A stretch of DNA of 64,000 nucleotides from Candidatus Omnitrophota bacterium (GTDB lineage Bacteria; Omnitrophota; Gorgyraeia; Zapsychrales; JANLHA01): contig OY759724.1 in NCBI GenBank assembly GCA_963662715.1, positions 1,946,662-2,010,661 on the forward strand, written 5' to 3'. Made by a program: the position numbers and the translations under genes. Positions 10,060 through 20,157 of the stretch are shown piece by piece. Numbering within the stretch: the stretch's first letter is position 1; each line of letters begins with the position of its first letter. The notes beneath the pieces were generated by a model. The model saw nothing but the letters and a program-made list of their open reading frames with translations. It did not search any database and was not told the DNA's origin.

Positions 10060-10111
10060 CGTTTCTATTCGGTGAATTTTTTATAAATACCCGTTCGATT
10101 CCTGATAAAAC

Positions 10112-10561
10112 ATGCGTGTTGTCGTTCAAAGAGTTAGAGAAGCCCGGGTCACTGTTGACTCTCAGGTTGTCGGGAGTATTCAACAGGGGGCCTTGGTCTT
10201 TTTGGGGGTGGCCAAGGATGACACTGGGCAGGATGTGGATTATCTTGTCCGTAAAGTATCACAAATGAGGATGTTTGAAGATGTGAACGGGAAAATGAAC
10301 CTTTCCGCGGAAGAGGTCGCCGGAGAGTTTTTGGTCGTGTCCCAGTTTACTCTGCTGGGGGATTGCGCAAAAGGAAGGCGCCCTTCCTTTGATAAGGCGG
10401 CGGATTTATCGAAAGGGGAGGAGTATTACAACCTTTTTATTCAGCGGCTTCGCGCTCAGGGATTTAAAGTCGAAGGAGGCCGTTTCAGAGCCATGATGGA
10501 TGTTGCTTTGATCAACGACGGTCCGGTCACATTCATTATTGACAGCCCTCAGCAACATTAA
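10112..10561 (+). CDS. dtd: D-aminoacyl-tRNA deacylase
   Basis: 'MRVVVQRV..A.V.VD..VVG.I..G.LV.LGV..DD...D.DYL..K....R.FED..GKMN' and 'SQFTL..D..KG.RPSF' with C-terminal 'NDGPVTF' are diagnostic of Dtd. Confidence 0.9.
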   Translation: MRVVVQRVREARVTVDSQVVGSIQQGALVFLGVAKDDTGQDVDYLVRKVSQMRMFEDVNGKMNLSAEEVAGEFLVVSQFTLLGDCAKGRRPSFDKAADLSKGEEYYNLFIQRLRAQGFKVEGGRFRAMMDVALINDGPVTFIIDSPQQH

Positions 10562-10586
10562 CTCATCTTTCCCCGGAAATCATGTT

Positions 10587-11360
10587 ATGCATATCATTGA
10601 CACCCACGCCCATTTAGACCATGTCGAGAATCTACCTGAAGTTTTGGCCGAGGCTTCGCGGGCGGGGATTTCTTCCATTATAACCATGGGGGAAGATCTG
10701 GCCTCCAATCAAAAAAATTTTCAGATCAGCCGGGACTTCTCCGCTCCCAGAATTTATCCGGGGTTCGGAATGCATCCGGGAAGCGTTCATCGCGAAGAAT
10801 GGAAGCCTTGCCGGGACTTTATTCTGGAACACATCGCAGATGCCGTGGCCATTGGAGAAATCGGTTTGGATTTCTGGTATCAATGGGTCAGAAAAGATCC
10901 TGTTTTGCAAGAAAAGCAGAAAGATATCTTCCGTTGTCAGTTGCAGATAGCGCAAGAACACCATTTGCCGGCCGTTATTCATTCCAGGGGAGCTTGGAAA
11001 GAAAGCCTTGAGATCACGCAAGATGTCGGTCATGCAAAGGCGCTTTTTCACTGGTATAGCGGACCGCTGGATGTACTAAGCGGGATCATCGAAAGCGGCT
11101 ATTATATATCCTGCTCTCCAAGTTTGAGTTACAGTAAACCCTCGCAAGAGGCCGCCTGCCAGGCGCCTTTAGAGCGGATTTTGATAGAAACGGATACCCC
11201 GGTTTATTACCGTACGGATGGCCGCAAGAGCGGTTTTACGGCAACTCCGAAAGATGTCATCAGGACATTGGAGGCCTTGAGTCATTTGAGGCAGGTCCCT
11301 GTTGAAGAAGCGGCGGAAATCCTCAATGCCAATGCCTGCCGGTTTTTTGAGCTAAAATAA
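10587..11360 (+). CDS. TatD-family metal-dependent hydrolase/DNase
   Basis: 'MHIIDTHAHLD' N-terminus, 'GEIGLDF' and 'HSR' motifs. The start is chosen at 10587 rather than the overlapping 10539. Confidence 0.85.
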   Translation: MHIIDTHAHLDHVENLPEVLAEASRAGISSIITMGEDLASNQKNFQISRDFSAPRIYPGFGMHPGSVHREEWKPCRDFILEHIADAVAIGEIGLDFWYQWVRKDPVLQEKQKDIFRCQLQIAQEHHLPAVIHSRGAWKESLEITQDVGHAKALFHWYSGPLDVLSGIIESGYYISCSPSLSYSKPSQEAACQAPLERILIETDTPVYYRTDGRKSGFTATPKDVIRTLEALSHLRQVPVEEAAEILNANACRFFELK

Positions 11361-11460
11361 ACATACCTTTTAATTATATTTTTTTTATGTATAATTAAGA
11401 GTGCTATTAAATCTATAAATAAAAGATGAAACGAAATTTAAAATTGAGGAAAGGATTATT

Positions 11461-13791
11461 ATGAAAAACTTTAAAGTCGTTCTCCTGATATTTTTAGTCC
11501 TGATTGTCATTGTCGGAGGGGTATTCTTATATAAGCGCAGTACAACCCCTCCTTTGACCGTGAATGCGATTCTGCCCCAACAGCCGGTGCTGTTTTTTCA
11601 CGTAAAGAATATTGAGCAGAATCTGAATGAGATGAGCCAGACCAAGTTTTGGAAAATCATGAGCGGTATTGATTATATTAGAATCATGCGAGAAGGAGGG
11701 ATGGATGAAAAGCTTATTGAGCGTTATGCGCAGATGAAATCCCAGGTGTTTTCGGAAGAATTCAAGCTGTTCATGAACATGTTTTTTGGAAGAGAAATCG
11801 CCTGCGCGGTTTATTCTCCGGAAGGCAGCCTTGTGGATTCGGAGAACATGCTGAACGTTGTTTCCAAAATGTATATCGTGACGCGTTTGAAACCCAAAGT
11901 GAAATTCGCGGAGAAGTTTTCCGGGTTGCTCGAAAAGGTTGACCCGAATATCGTTGTGGAAGAAGTTGAACATGAAAAGCATAAATTCTATATGATTTCA
12001 ACAAAAGGTATGCCGTTTAAAATTTGTTATACGAGAATTCAGGATTTCCTTATTATCGGTCTAAGTGAAGAAGTGGCACGCAAGACGATTGAGATTTATA
12101 AAGAGAAAATCCCGGCATTAAAAGAGGACAGCCTTTATCAGCAGGTGAATTCCGGGGCGACACCGCAAGCGGACCTTCTGGCTTATATGAATTATGCCAG
12201 GCTGGTTGGAGATTTAAAGAAACAGATTATGGGGTGGCTGGGCGCGCCCGAGGATGTTCATGATGTTTTGAGACAGCAAATTGATGAAACCTTCAAACAG
12301 TCCTCAGGCTTTCAGACCGTCAGCTTTTCCGCGCTTCTGAACCCCGAGTTAAAGCTGAAATTAAATGTTTATTACAACCCGGCCGAACTGGCCCCGGAAA
12401 TCAAACCCCTTTATGAATGTCAGGCGCAGGATAACGGTACGCTTCAATTTGTGCCGCAGGAGGTTCTCGGGTATCAGTGGAGCCCTTGCTACGATCTTGA
12501 CGCTTATTGGAGGCAGTCGCAGGATGATTTGCAGCGTGCGTTATTATCCAAAGGCGTGGATGTTGTAAGTTCAGAAGAGGTTGTCGCCGGCTTGGAACAG
12601 AACCTCGGGCTCAGTATCGAACAGGACATCCTTCCGGCTTTGGGCCGTGAATTCGGCTGGTACTGGAAAGACGTTAAGGTCGGGAGTGTTATCCCTGTGC
12701 CGCAGGTTGTGGTCTTCCTTAAAACCAGGAATCAGAGCAAGGTCGATCAAATCCTGAGGGACCTCATAGGGAAACAGCCTTTGCTGCGGGCCGACACAGA
12801 GGAATATGAAGGTGAAAATATCCGCTATTTTAATGTCCCGATGATTGAAGGGCTGGAACCGGCATACTCTTTTATCGACGGCTATTTGCTTATCGCTTCC
12901 AGCCGCGAGTCCATAAAAGAAGCTTTTGAAACAAGGAGCGGGAAAAACCCTTCTATTATCAGCCAGGCCGATTTTCGGAAGGAAGATTACGGATTAACTC
13001 AAAAGAATAATGCCATAATCTTTTTGAATTTTACGGGTATTGCGAAAAAGGCCTCGGATCTTTTAGCCTGGAGCCAGGGCTGGGTCGATCAGCAAATGGC
13101 CAAGCACCAGGCTTTTAGAGACGGCACGGAAAGAAGAATGAAGGACGTTATCGATAATATCATCGCGGATAAAGACCTTATTGCCACATTAGAGTCCGAA
13201 ATAGAAAGTTTAAAGGATCAAAAGGATTCTATCAAAGAGCAGCCGGAAGAATTGGCCAAAGTTGAAAATGAAATCGGACGTATTGAGAAATTTATGAATG
13301 TCTTAGAAAAAAGTTTGGAGCCTGATTTGAAGGAAGAGGCCGAATTGAAGTCCGTTCAGAATGACGAAAATTTCAAATTGCCGCCGGCGGGGGTGGCGCG
13401 CCTGAAATTCCTTAAGGACAGTATTGAAAAGAAACAAATGAAGCTGCAGTCCTTGAAAGATGAAATGAAAATGTATGCCGACCAGAGGCATGAACTGACC
13501 TCCATTGACGAGAAAAAAGCCCAGGTTGAGAAAACGATTGCGGAAAAGGCCAGAGAAATAGAAGAATTGAAGGTCCGGATTGAATCCTCCGTGGACACGC
13601 AATCCGAGCTGGAAGAAGTGATTAAGGAGCTTGATTCCCGGAGGACATTGACCCCGGAACAGCGGACAGATATCGTTGAGATGTTTGTTAAGCCTGTCAT
13701 CGAGGCCGTGTCCCAGTTGACTTCATTTGCTGCGAAAGCCTTGCTGGGGTCAGGTATGATTGAAATAGAAGCCTTTATGAGAATTAAATAA
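11461..13791 (+). CDS. large membrane-anchored protein (DUF3352-like N-terminal region, about 250-aa C-terminal coiled coil)
   Basis: 776 aa. One N-terminal TM helix. The C-terminal third is rich in E/K heptad-like repeats. It follows an AT-rich upstream region with an AGGA RBS. Confidence 0.5.
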   Translation: MKNFKVVLLIFLVLIVIVGGVFLYKRSTTPPLTVNAILPQQPVLFFHVKNIEQNLNEMSQTKFWKIMSGIDYIRIMREGGMDEKLIERYAQMKSQVFSEEFKLFMNMFFGREIACAVYSPEGSLVDSENMLNVVSKMYIVTRLKPKVKFAEKFSGLLEKVDPNIVVEEVEHEKHKFYMISTKGMPFKICYTRIQDFLIIGLSEEVARKTIEIYKEKIPALKEDSLYQQVNSGATPQADLLAYMNYARLVGDLKKQIMGWLGAPEDVHDVLRQQIDETFKQSSGFQTVSFSALLNPELKLKLNVYYNPAELAPEIKPLYECQAQDNGTLQFVPQEVLGYQWSPCYDLDAYWRQSQDDLQRALLSKGVDVVSSEEVVAGLEQNLGLSIEQDILPALGREFGWYWKDVKVGSVIPVPQVVVFLKTRNQSKVDQILRDLIGKQPLLRADTEEYEGENIRYFNVPMIEGLEPAYSFIDGYLLIASSRESIKEAFETRSGKNPSIISQADFRKEDYGLTQKNNAIIFLNFTGIAKKASDLLAWSQGWVDQQMAKHQAFRDGTERRMKDVIDNIIADKDLIATLESEIESLKDQKDSIKEQPEELAKVENEIGRIEKFMNVLEKSLEPDLKEEAELKSVQNDENFKLPPAGVARLKFLKDSIEKKQMKLQSLKDEMKMYADQRHELTSIDEKKAQVEKTIAEKAREIEELKVRIESSVDTQSELEEVIKELDSRRTLTPEQRTDIVEMFVKPVIEAVSQLTSFAAKALLGSGMIEIEAFMRIK

Positions 13792-13805
13792 CAAGTTTTT
13801 GGGCT

Positions 13806-14192
13806 TTGCACATGAATTCATTTGATAAAGGGGTGGCAACCCTTGAACAGATAGACAAAACAGCCTGCGCGCGCATCAGCAAAATGTTTGAGGACATTGC
13901 GCCGGACATGGCTCGCTGGATCATAGAATTCCCTTACGGTGAGATTTACTCCCGTCCCGGCTTATCTCTAAAAGTCAGAGAACTTTTAACCATCGCTTCG
14001 TTAACGACATCAGGGACAGCTCCCAGACAATTGGAGGTCCATATCCAGAATGCTCTTAATGTCGGGTGTTCCCCCCAGGATATTGTTGAAACCATTATGC
14101 AGATGGCTGTCTACGCCGGATTCCCCAAAGCTTTAAACGCCCTTTTTTCTGCAAAGGAAATTTTTTCTAAGAATAATCTTAATAAAGAATAA
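13806..14192 (+). CDS. carboxymuconolactone decarboxylase (CMD/AhpD-like) family protein
   Basis: 'RELLTIASLTTSG...QLEVHIQNALNVGCSPQDIVETIMQMAVYAGFPKALNA' matches the CMD family core. Confidence 0.7.
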   Translation: MHMNSFDKGVATLEQIDKTACARISKMFEDIAPDMARWIIEFPYGEIYSRPGLSLKVRELLTIASLTTSGTAPRQLEVHIQNALNVGCSPQDIVETIMQMAVYAGFPKALNALFSAKEIFSKNNLNKE

Positions 14193-14270
14193 TTTGATTT
14201 CATGACAGATGAAATCAAGCCGGTTTGATTCAACATGTGGGATTTGTAAATCAGAAGATTTTGAGGGCCT

Positions 14271-14594
14271 ATGCTGTTAACCTACGGACAAGGGGAATAT
14301 TTTGAGCAAGACAAGCATTTTTCCGGCCGTATTATCCTGAGTGAGCATAAATTGTATCTGACGGATTCACAAGGAGAATTATCCGCCACCTTTATCCCTT
14401 TGGAAAAAATAGCCGGAGTGAAGATAACCCGTTCCGGTGTCGAGATTTTTGTCCGTCCGTCTATCCTGGAGCGCTATCAGGTATTACTGAAAGGGGATCG
14501 CCGGACATTGACAGACCTGGCAAAGGAGATCGCGGAACGGAGAGGCATGAAAAAAAAGTTTTTAACTCGTGAATGGAATGACCCTGCTTTATGA
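14271..14594 (+). CDS. hypothetical protein (107 aa)
   Basis: ORF with no recognisable motif. Its stop overlaps the next small ORF (ATGA). Confidence 0.4.
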   Translation: MLLTYGQGEYFEQDKHFSGRIILSEHKLYLTDSQGELSATFIPLEKIAGVKITRSGVEIFVRPSILERYQVLLKGDRRTLTDLAKEIAERRGMKKKFLTREWNDPAL

Positions 14595-14749
14595 ATGGTT
14601 CACGTTATGGCCAATACGGGCTTGTTTTACTGTCTATGGTGTGCTTGCTGTTTTCCGGCTGCGCTCTTCTTCAGATACCCTTTCAGCTTGTCTCTGCGGC
14701 TTTGAAAATCGCCAGTCAATTGCCCATGCCGCCGCCCGGTGTGTTTTAG
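14591..14749 (+). CDS. putative small lipoprotein (52 aa), absent from the >=60-aa ORF track
   Basis: ATGA start/stop overlap with the preceding gene. The translation MNGSRYGQYGLVLLSMVCLLFSGCALLQ... has an n-region Arg, an h-region and an LFSGC lipobox-like motif. Confidence 0.35.
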   Translation: MNGSRYGQYGLVLLSMVCLLFSGCALLQIPFQLVSAALKIASQLPMPPPGVF

Positions 14750-14794
14750 CAGATATTTTTTGGCCGTATAACAGGTCTGAACGGGGAGGTTTTT

Positions 14795-15484
14795 ATGCCG
14801 TTTAAACTGAAAGTTTTTCGAACAGCAGTGTTGTGGACTGTTTTTTTCTTCCTCGGGATAGGGGCTTGGGGAGCCTATAAGCTGTATTCCCAGTATATTC
14901 TTAAGAATGAAATCCTTAATCAAATCATCGATCGTCTGGAATCAGAGTCCCGGATCGCCGAAGTCCTGGTGACGGATGTTGTTTTTAACCCCCTGACACA
15001 GAAACATATGACAACGATAAAATTTCTGGAATACAACAGTCTTCATCAGCCGATGAAGCCCCGGTACTTCACGTTCAGCCATAATATTATCCAGTTTCAG
15101 TCTTTGGTGATCCGTTTTGACGACATTTATATTGAGCAGGGGGACCCTTTAAAAGGCAAGAGCGTTTATTTGTTCTGGAAAGCCTTTGTCCTGGACGGGA
15201 AAAATACGGAAGAGTTTGTTATTACCCCGGTACATGAAATTCCTGAAGGTTATAAGGTTGCCGGCGGGGGCGGGGAATTTGAACGGAGGCTGTGGAGCAA
15301 ATTCTGGGACTTTGCCCTGGACTCTGATAAGGCCATTAGCAAAGGGATCAAGAATGCCCAGATAGAAGCTCCGGGAACCAAGTTTGTCCCCGGCATCCTT
15401 TATACTTTAAAAATTGAACATGACGGGGGCATCAGAATTGATTCGCAAAATATCCCGGAGGTTTTAAAGGGGGAAAATTTATAG
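14795..15484 (+). CDS. hypothetical membrane-anchored protein (229 aa)
   Basis: GGAGG lies 10 nt upstream. It has an N-terminal TM helix 'AVLWTVFFFLGIGAWGAY'. Confidence 0.5.
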   Translation: MPFKLKVFRTAVLWTVFFFLGIGAWGAYKLYSQYILKNEILNQIIDRLESESRIAEVLVTDVVFNPLTQKHMTTIKFLEYNSLHQPMKPRYFTFSHNIIQFQSLVIRFDDIYIEQGDPLKGKSVYLFWKAFVLDGKNTEEFVITPVHEIPEGYKVAGGGGEFERRLWSKFWDFALDSDKAISKGIKNAQIEAPGTKFVPGILYTLKIEHDGGIRIDSQNIPEVLKGENL

Positions 15485-15551
15485 GGACGGCCCTTTCCGG
15501 TCCCGTAGCCCTGTTGTGTCCTGCGAAACGAATTTAGGAGTTGATAATATT

Positions 15552-17195
15552 ATGGGTCATTTTTTAAAACGAAAAAATTTTATCAGAATTTTTTTCCTTG
15601 CGGCGTTTCTGCTTTATCCCCGGGAAACCCCCGTGGATTCAGCCGAACAACAGGATTTCTTCCGGAAAGCCGTTGAGGCTTTCAATCATCAGAATTTCGA
15701 ATCAGCTTACAACTTCTATAAAGTTGTGCTTGAAGAAGATCCGGGCAACCTGGAAGCTCAGAGCGGGTTGTTGATTTCAAGAATAAATTTACAGGAGTCG
15801 GTTGAAGAAATCCGGATGCAGGACGCCGCGGTTTTAAAAGAAACCCCCGGGGATTATCTGGCTAATTACCGGTTAGGTCTCCTGTTCGATATCCGGGATA
15901 TCCCCGATGAAGCTGAAAAATACTATTTGAACGCTTTGGCCGAAGCTCCGGCCCCGGCAGCGATTTATGTCGCCCTTATTAATCTCAAGTCGGAAAAGCG
16001 GCCGGACGATCCCGAGATCAGCCAATATCTGGAAAGCCTGGCCAACGTTGCCCCCGAGTCTTATCTTCATTACCTTGGCCAGACGAGTTATTATTTAAGG
16101 CTGGCGCAGAAGGAGACAGACTACGAGTCTCTCGATTCCCTGGTGAATCTGGCCGCCCAGACAGCTTTGGAAGCTCAGGCCCATCGGCCCTACTCAATCA
16201 CACCTTATTATTTTTTGTCTTACTGCAGCCTTATGCTGGAGGATATGGAGAAGACAAAGGACCTGTTGACGGAAGCGTTGTCTTTAGCTCCTATGGACAG
16301 TTTGCTTCATCTTATCCTGGCCACGGTTTATATGCAGGAGGAAAATTTCGCCGAGGCGCGGATTCATCTGGTGATGGCCAAAAAATCTTTAACCAGACTG
16401 GACAGATTATCCGGACATGATAAAACTATTCAGACGCAATTGGATATGATCCAGGTTCACAAAAAAATGAAACCTGTTGTGCTGCATGTCGCAAGCTTTG
16501 TGATTCTGATCTTTTCCATTATTTTGCATGAATTCATGCACGGCTGGGTGGCTTATAAGCGGGGCGATGCCACGGCTAAGATCTTGGGCCGGTTATCGCT
16601 TAATCCTCTTGTCCACATTGATCTGTTTGGCTCTATCATTCTGCCGGTCATTCTCATCCTCAGCCAGGCGCCTTTTCTGATAGGCTGGGCTAAGCCGGTG
16701 CCGGTTAATCCGGCCAATTACAGGAATCCCCGGAAAGATGACGCCTTGATTTCTTTGGGAGGGCCCGCAGCGAATATTTTTTTGAGCCTCATATTTGCCG
16801 GCTGTTTGTTTTTCCTGGGATACTACCTGAAAATTCATAATTATACCTCGTTCGGATTCGGGCTGTTAGGATACCAGACGATTATTGCGGGAACGCAAGG
16901 GACGGATTTGGTGTTAACGTATATGGTGAATATTTTCAAGTACGGCATCATGATCAACTGCGTCTTAGCGGGGCTTAATCTTCTGCCTATCCCTCCTTTG
17001 GACGGTTCTCATATTGTAAAGGCGCTGTTGCCTTTCGCCTGGCTGGATAAATTGTTCGCCTTTTTCAGCTCATCCGGACTTATAATGATAGCGTTTTTGG
17101 CTTTCTTCGGTGTGCTGAATTATTTGCTTCTCCCGGCGCTTATTTTTGCACAGCTTCTTATGAGTTCCGTCGCTTATATTTTCGGACTGGGGTGA
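15552..17195 (+). CDS. TPR-repeat domain fused to a site-2 protease (M50 family intramembrane metalloprotease)
   Basis: AGGAG RBS before the ATG at 15552. The N-terminal half has TPR-like helical repeats. The C-terminal membrane domain has 'LHEFMHGWVAYKRGD' (HExxH) plus downstream 'LNLLPIPPLDGSH' (LDG motif). Confidence 0.7.
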   Translation: MGHFLKRKNFIRIFFLAAFLLYPRETPVDSAEQQDFFRKAVEAFNHQNFESAYNFYKVVLEEDPGNLEAQSGLLISRINLQESVEEIRMQDAAVLKETPGDYLANYRLGLLFDIRDIPDEAEKYYLNALAEAPAPAAIYVALINLKSEKRPDDPEISQYLESLANVAPESYLHYLGQTSYYLRLAQKETDYESLDSLVNLAAQTALEAQAHRPYSITPYYFLSYCSLMLEDMEKTKDLLTEALSLAPMDSLLHLILATVYMQEENFAEARIHLVMAKKSLTRLDRLSGHDKTIQTQLDMIQVHKKMKPVVLHVASFVILIFSIILHEFMHGWVAYKRGDATAKILGRLSLNPLVHIDLFGSIILPVILILSQAPFLIGWAKPVPVNPANYRNPRKDDALISLGGPAANIFLSLIFAGCLFFLGYYLKIHNYTSFGFGLLGYQTIIAGTQGTDLVLTYMVNIFKYGIMINCVLAGLNLLPIPPLDGSHIVKALLPFAWLDKLFAFFSSSGLIMIAFLAFFGVLNYLLLPALIFAQLLMSSVAYIFGLG

Positions 17196-17202
17196 GAAAA
17201 AC

Positions 17203-17967
17203 ATGAATAAAGGTCATCGATATTACGGCGAATTCCGTTGGCAGCTTTTCCTGGGCTTGATCCTGCTGAGCTTATCCGCCTTTTTTTATCTGATTCATTA
17301 CTTTATTTTTCATGACATCCATCATATTCTTATTTATTTTATCGGAGATATTGCCTTTGTTTTCTGTGAAGTCCTTTTGGTCGCCCTGGTCCTGAACCGA
17401 TTGTTGGTCTATCAGGAAAGGAGAACGGTTTTAAAGAAACTCAACATGATCATAGGGGCCTTTTTTAGTGAAGTGGGCTTCCCGCTTTTAAAACTCCTGG
17501 CCGGATTCGACACGCGGATAGCTCAGGTACAGCCGAAGCTCGTTATCTCGGCCCGGGATACAGAGCAGGATTTTAAGAATATTCAAAAGATTCTGCTGTC
17601 CTATCAGCCGGCTGTCGAGATTAAAAAAGGGGATCTTGCGGAGCTGAAAGAGTTCTTGTCCCGCAGAAGAGATTCCCTCCTGAATCTGTTGCGCAATTCT
17701 AATTTGCTTGAGCATGAATCCTTCACGGATACGCTTTGGGCTATTTTTCATTTAACAGAGGAATTGATGTTCCGGCCCCAGTTAACCGGCCTGCCGGGCC
17801 ATGATTATGAACATCTCGCGGGGGATGCTGAAAGAGCGTATCGTTTGCTTATTGTCGAATGGCTGGCTTATATGAAGCATCTGCGCCGGGAATATTCCTA
17901 TCTGTTTTCCCTGGCCATACGCACGAATCCGTTTGACCGGAATGCTTCGGTTGTCATAAACGACTAG
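17203..17967 (+). CDS. hypothetical integral membrane protein (254 aa)
   Basis: Two or three N-terminal TM helices. It lies 8 nt after the S2P stop and is probably co-transcribed. Confidence 0.45.
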   Translation: MNKGHRYYGEFRWQLFLGLILLSLSAFFYLIHYFIFHDIHHILIYFIGDIAFVFCEVLLVALVLNRLLVYQERRTVLKKLNMIIGAFFSEVGFPLLKLLAGFDTRIAQVQPKLVISARDTEQDFKNIQKILLSYQPAVEIKKGDLAELKEFLSRRRDSLLNLLRNSNLLEHESFTDTLWAIFHLTEELMFRPQLTGLPGHDYEHLAGDAERAYRLLIVEWLAYMKHLRREYSYLFSLAIRTNPFDRNASVVIND

Positions 17968-18007
17968 TGCGCGTCTAGGCCGTGTTATTTAAAACAAGGA
18001 GAATTTC

Positions 18008-18376
18008 ATGAAGGATAAAAGAAGATGTCATCGTTTAAACGTGGAGCTGCCGGTTACGTTTCTTGCTCCCGGCAAAGAACAGGAACTGGTCTTGGCTGCA
18101 ACCATGGATATCAGCGCGACGGGTATTTGTCTTGTCACCAAAGAGCCCCTGGATATCGGCCAGGAACTGGTGATCCGGGTGGAGTTGCCGACCGGGGAAA
18201 AGCCCCAGATCCATGTGAACGTGATACGTGTTGAGGAGATGATTCAGATGGCTGAATTGGGAGGATTCAAGGAATACAAGATCGGTCTTCTTATCACTGG
18301 TCCGGTTGAAGCGGATGAGTCGGTTTTTGTTAAGTATTATGCTGAGAAACTGAAAGAAGTCTTCAATAAAAGTTGA
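18008..18376 (+). CDS. PilZ-domain protein (c-di-GMP receptor-like)
   Basis: 'RRCHRLNVELPV' (RxxxR) and 'DISATGICL' (DxSxxG) PilZ signatures. Confidence 0.7.
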   Translation: MKDKRRCHRLNVELPVTFLAPGKEQELVLAATMDISATGICLVTKEPLDIGQELVIRVELPTGEKPQIHVNVIRVEEMIQMAELGGFKEYKIGLLITGPVEADESVFVKYYAEKLKEVFNKS

Positions 18377-18379
18377 CAT

Positions 18380-20119
18380 ATGAAAAATCAATCCTTGGCC
18401 GATATTTTTAATCGCATGGGCGTTCTCCTGGAAATTCAGGGGGAGAATGTTTTTAAAGTCAGAGCTTACCATAAAGCCGCGGACAATATTTCACAGTTGG
18501 GGGAAGACATCCAGACTTTAAAAGATCAGGGGCGGCTCGGTGATATCCCCGGTATTGGCAAGGCTTTGCAGGATAAAATTTCAGAATATCTCGATACCGG
18601 AGGAATTTCCGCTTATGAAAGGATTCTTGACGCGGTCCCGGAGACTCTTCTGGATGTCGTCCATGTCCCGTCAGTCGGGCCGAAAAAGGCCAAGCTGTTT
18701 TTTGACCGGCTTCATATTCAGGACATTGCCGGCCTTGAATCTGCGGCGAGATCCGGGGCGATGCTGGGGCTCCCGGGCATTAAGGACAAGACTGTCAATA
18801 ATATTTTAGAAGGAATCCGGATTTTCCGGGCCGCACAGTCACGCATGACTTTGGATGAGGCCTTCATCGTCGCTTTGTATTTTGTTGATCAGTTGAAGAC
18901 ATTGCCGCAGGTATCGCGTGCCGAGATCGCGGGGAGTTTAAGGCGCCGGAAAGAAAGCATCCGCGATATTGATATCCTTGCGGAATCGCGGGAGGCGGAC
19001 AGAGTCATGGATGTTTTCGTCGGGCTGCCGGCGGTGGAGTCTGTGCAGGCCCGGGGCGAGACAAAATCCTCTGTGCTGGCCCGTGATCATATCCAGGTCG
19101 ACCTGCGCGTCGTTGATTCGGACTGTTTCGGGGCGGCTTTGCTGTATTTGACCGGTTCGAAAAATTTTAATATCGCCTTGCGGCAAATAGCTATAAAACA
19201 GAAAAAGAAGATCAGCGAATACGGCGTTTTTTCTGCGCAAGGCCCGGTTGAGAAAAAAATAGCCGGAACAACGGAAGAAGAGTGTTTTGCCGCTTTGGGC
19301 CTTCCGTATGTCCCCCCGGAACTCCGGGAAGATATCGGTTTGGACCATATTCTTAAGGGGGCGGAGAATCCCGCCGGCCTGCAGCTTCCTGATTTGATTC
19401 AGCTGAAAGACATTAAAGGCGATCTGCACGTGCATTCCTTGTGGTCGGACGGACGTTGCTCGATCCGGGATTTGGCCCAGGCGGCGGTCGCGAAAGGATA
19501 TGAATATATCGGAATCAGTGATCATTCCGTAAGTTTAAAGGTTGCCGGCGGGCTGGGGCGGGAGGACTTAAAAAAGAAAAAACTGGAAATCGATGCCCTG
19601 AATAAGGAGTTCAAGAACCTCCGTATCTTATTCGGGACGGAAGTGGAAATCGATGCGGACGGGAACATTGATTATCCCGATGAGATATTAAGTCAGTTCG
19701 ATATTGTCATCGCTGCCATTCATAACGGTTTTGAGCAAGGCCGGGTTCAATTGACGCAGCGGATCATTAAAGCCTGTCACAATGACCATGTTCACGTGAT
19801 CGCGCACCCTACCGGATTTCACAAGGGCAAGAGAGAGGCTTACGATATTGATTTTGAAGCTGTTTGTGATGCGGCCGTCAGCAGCCGAACGTGTCTGGAA
19901 ATCAACGCCTTCCCGGTAAGGCTGGATTTAAACGCGGTCAATGTCCATTTCGCCCGCGGGAAAGGCGTGTCTTTCGTCATCAACACCGATGCTCATGATA
20001 TCGGTCATTTGGATTATATGAAATACGGTCTTGCCGTAGCCAGGAGAGGGTGGTTGACAAAACAGCAGGTTCTTAATACACTGTCTTTAAAAGATTTGCT
20101 CAAAGTTCTGCATAAATAA
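18380..20119 (+). CDS. family X DNA polymerase with C-terminal PHP phosphoesterase domain (PolX)
   Basis: N-terminal HhH/8-kDa domain, Pol-beta-like core, C-terminal 'HVHSLWSDGRCSIRDLA...YIGISDHS' PHP motifs. Confidence 0.85.
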   Translation: MKNQSLADIFNRMGVLLEIQGENVFKVRAYHKAADNISQLGEDIQTLKDQGRLGDIPGIGKALQDKISEYLDTGGISAYERILDAVPETLLDVVHVPSVGPKKAKLFFDRLHIQDIAGLESAARSGAMLGLPGIKDKTVNNILEGIRIFRAAQSRMTLDEAFIVALYFVDQLKTLPQVSRAEIAGSLRRRKESIRDIDILAESREADRVMDVFVGLPAVESVQARGETKSSVLARDHIQVDLRVVDSDCFGAALLYLTGSKNFNIALRQIAIKQKKKISEYGVFSAQGPVEKKIAGTTEEECFAALGLPYVPPELREDIGLDHILKGAENPAGLQLPDLIQLKDIKGDLHVHSLWSDGRCSIRDLAQAAVAKGYEYIGISDHSVSLKVAGGLGREDLKKKKLEIDALNKEFKNLRILFGTEVEIDADGNIDYPDEILSQFDIVIAAIHNGFEQGRVQLTQRIIKACHNDHVHVIAHPTGFHKGKREAYDIDFEAVCDAAVSSRTCLEINAFPVRLDLNAVNVHFARGKGVSFVINTDAHDIGHLDYMKYGLAVARRGWLTKQQVLNTLSLKDLLKVLHK

Positions 20120-20157
20120 TTGCGGGCGTATTTTTTTCAGCTTTCATGTGCTAATTT

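Noticed and set aside
18025-18472. Overlapping ORFs on both strands across the PilZ gene and the polX start
   Set aside because: PilZ (RxxxR and DxSxxG motifs) and PolX are clearly the real frames. The others lack motifs and sit in alternative frames.
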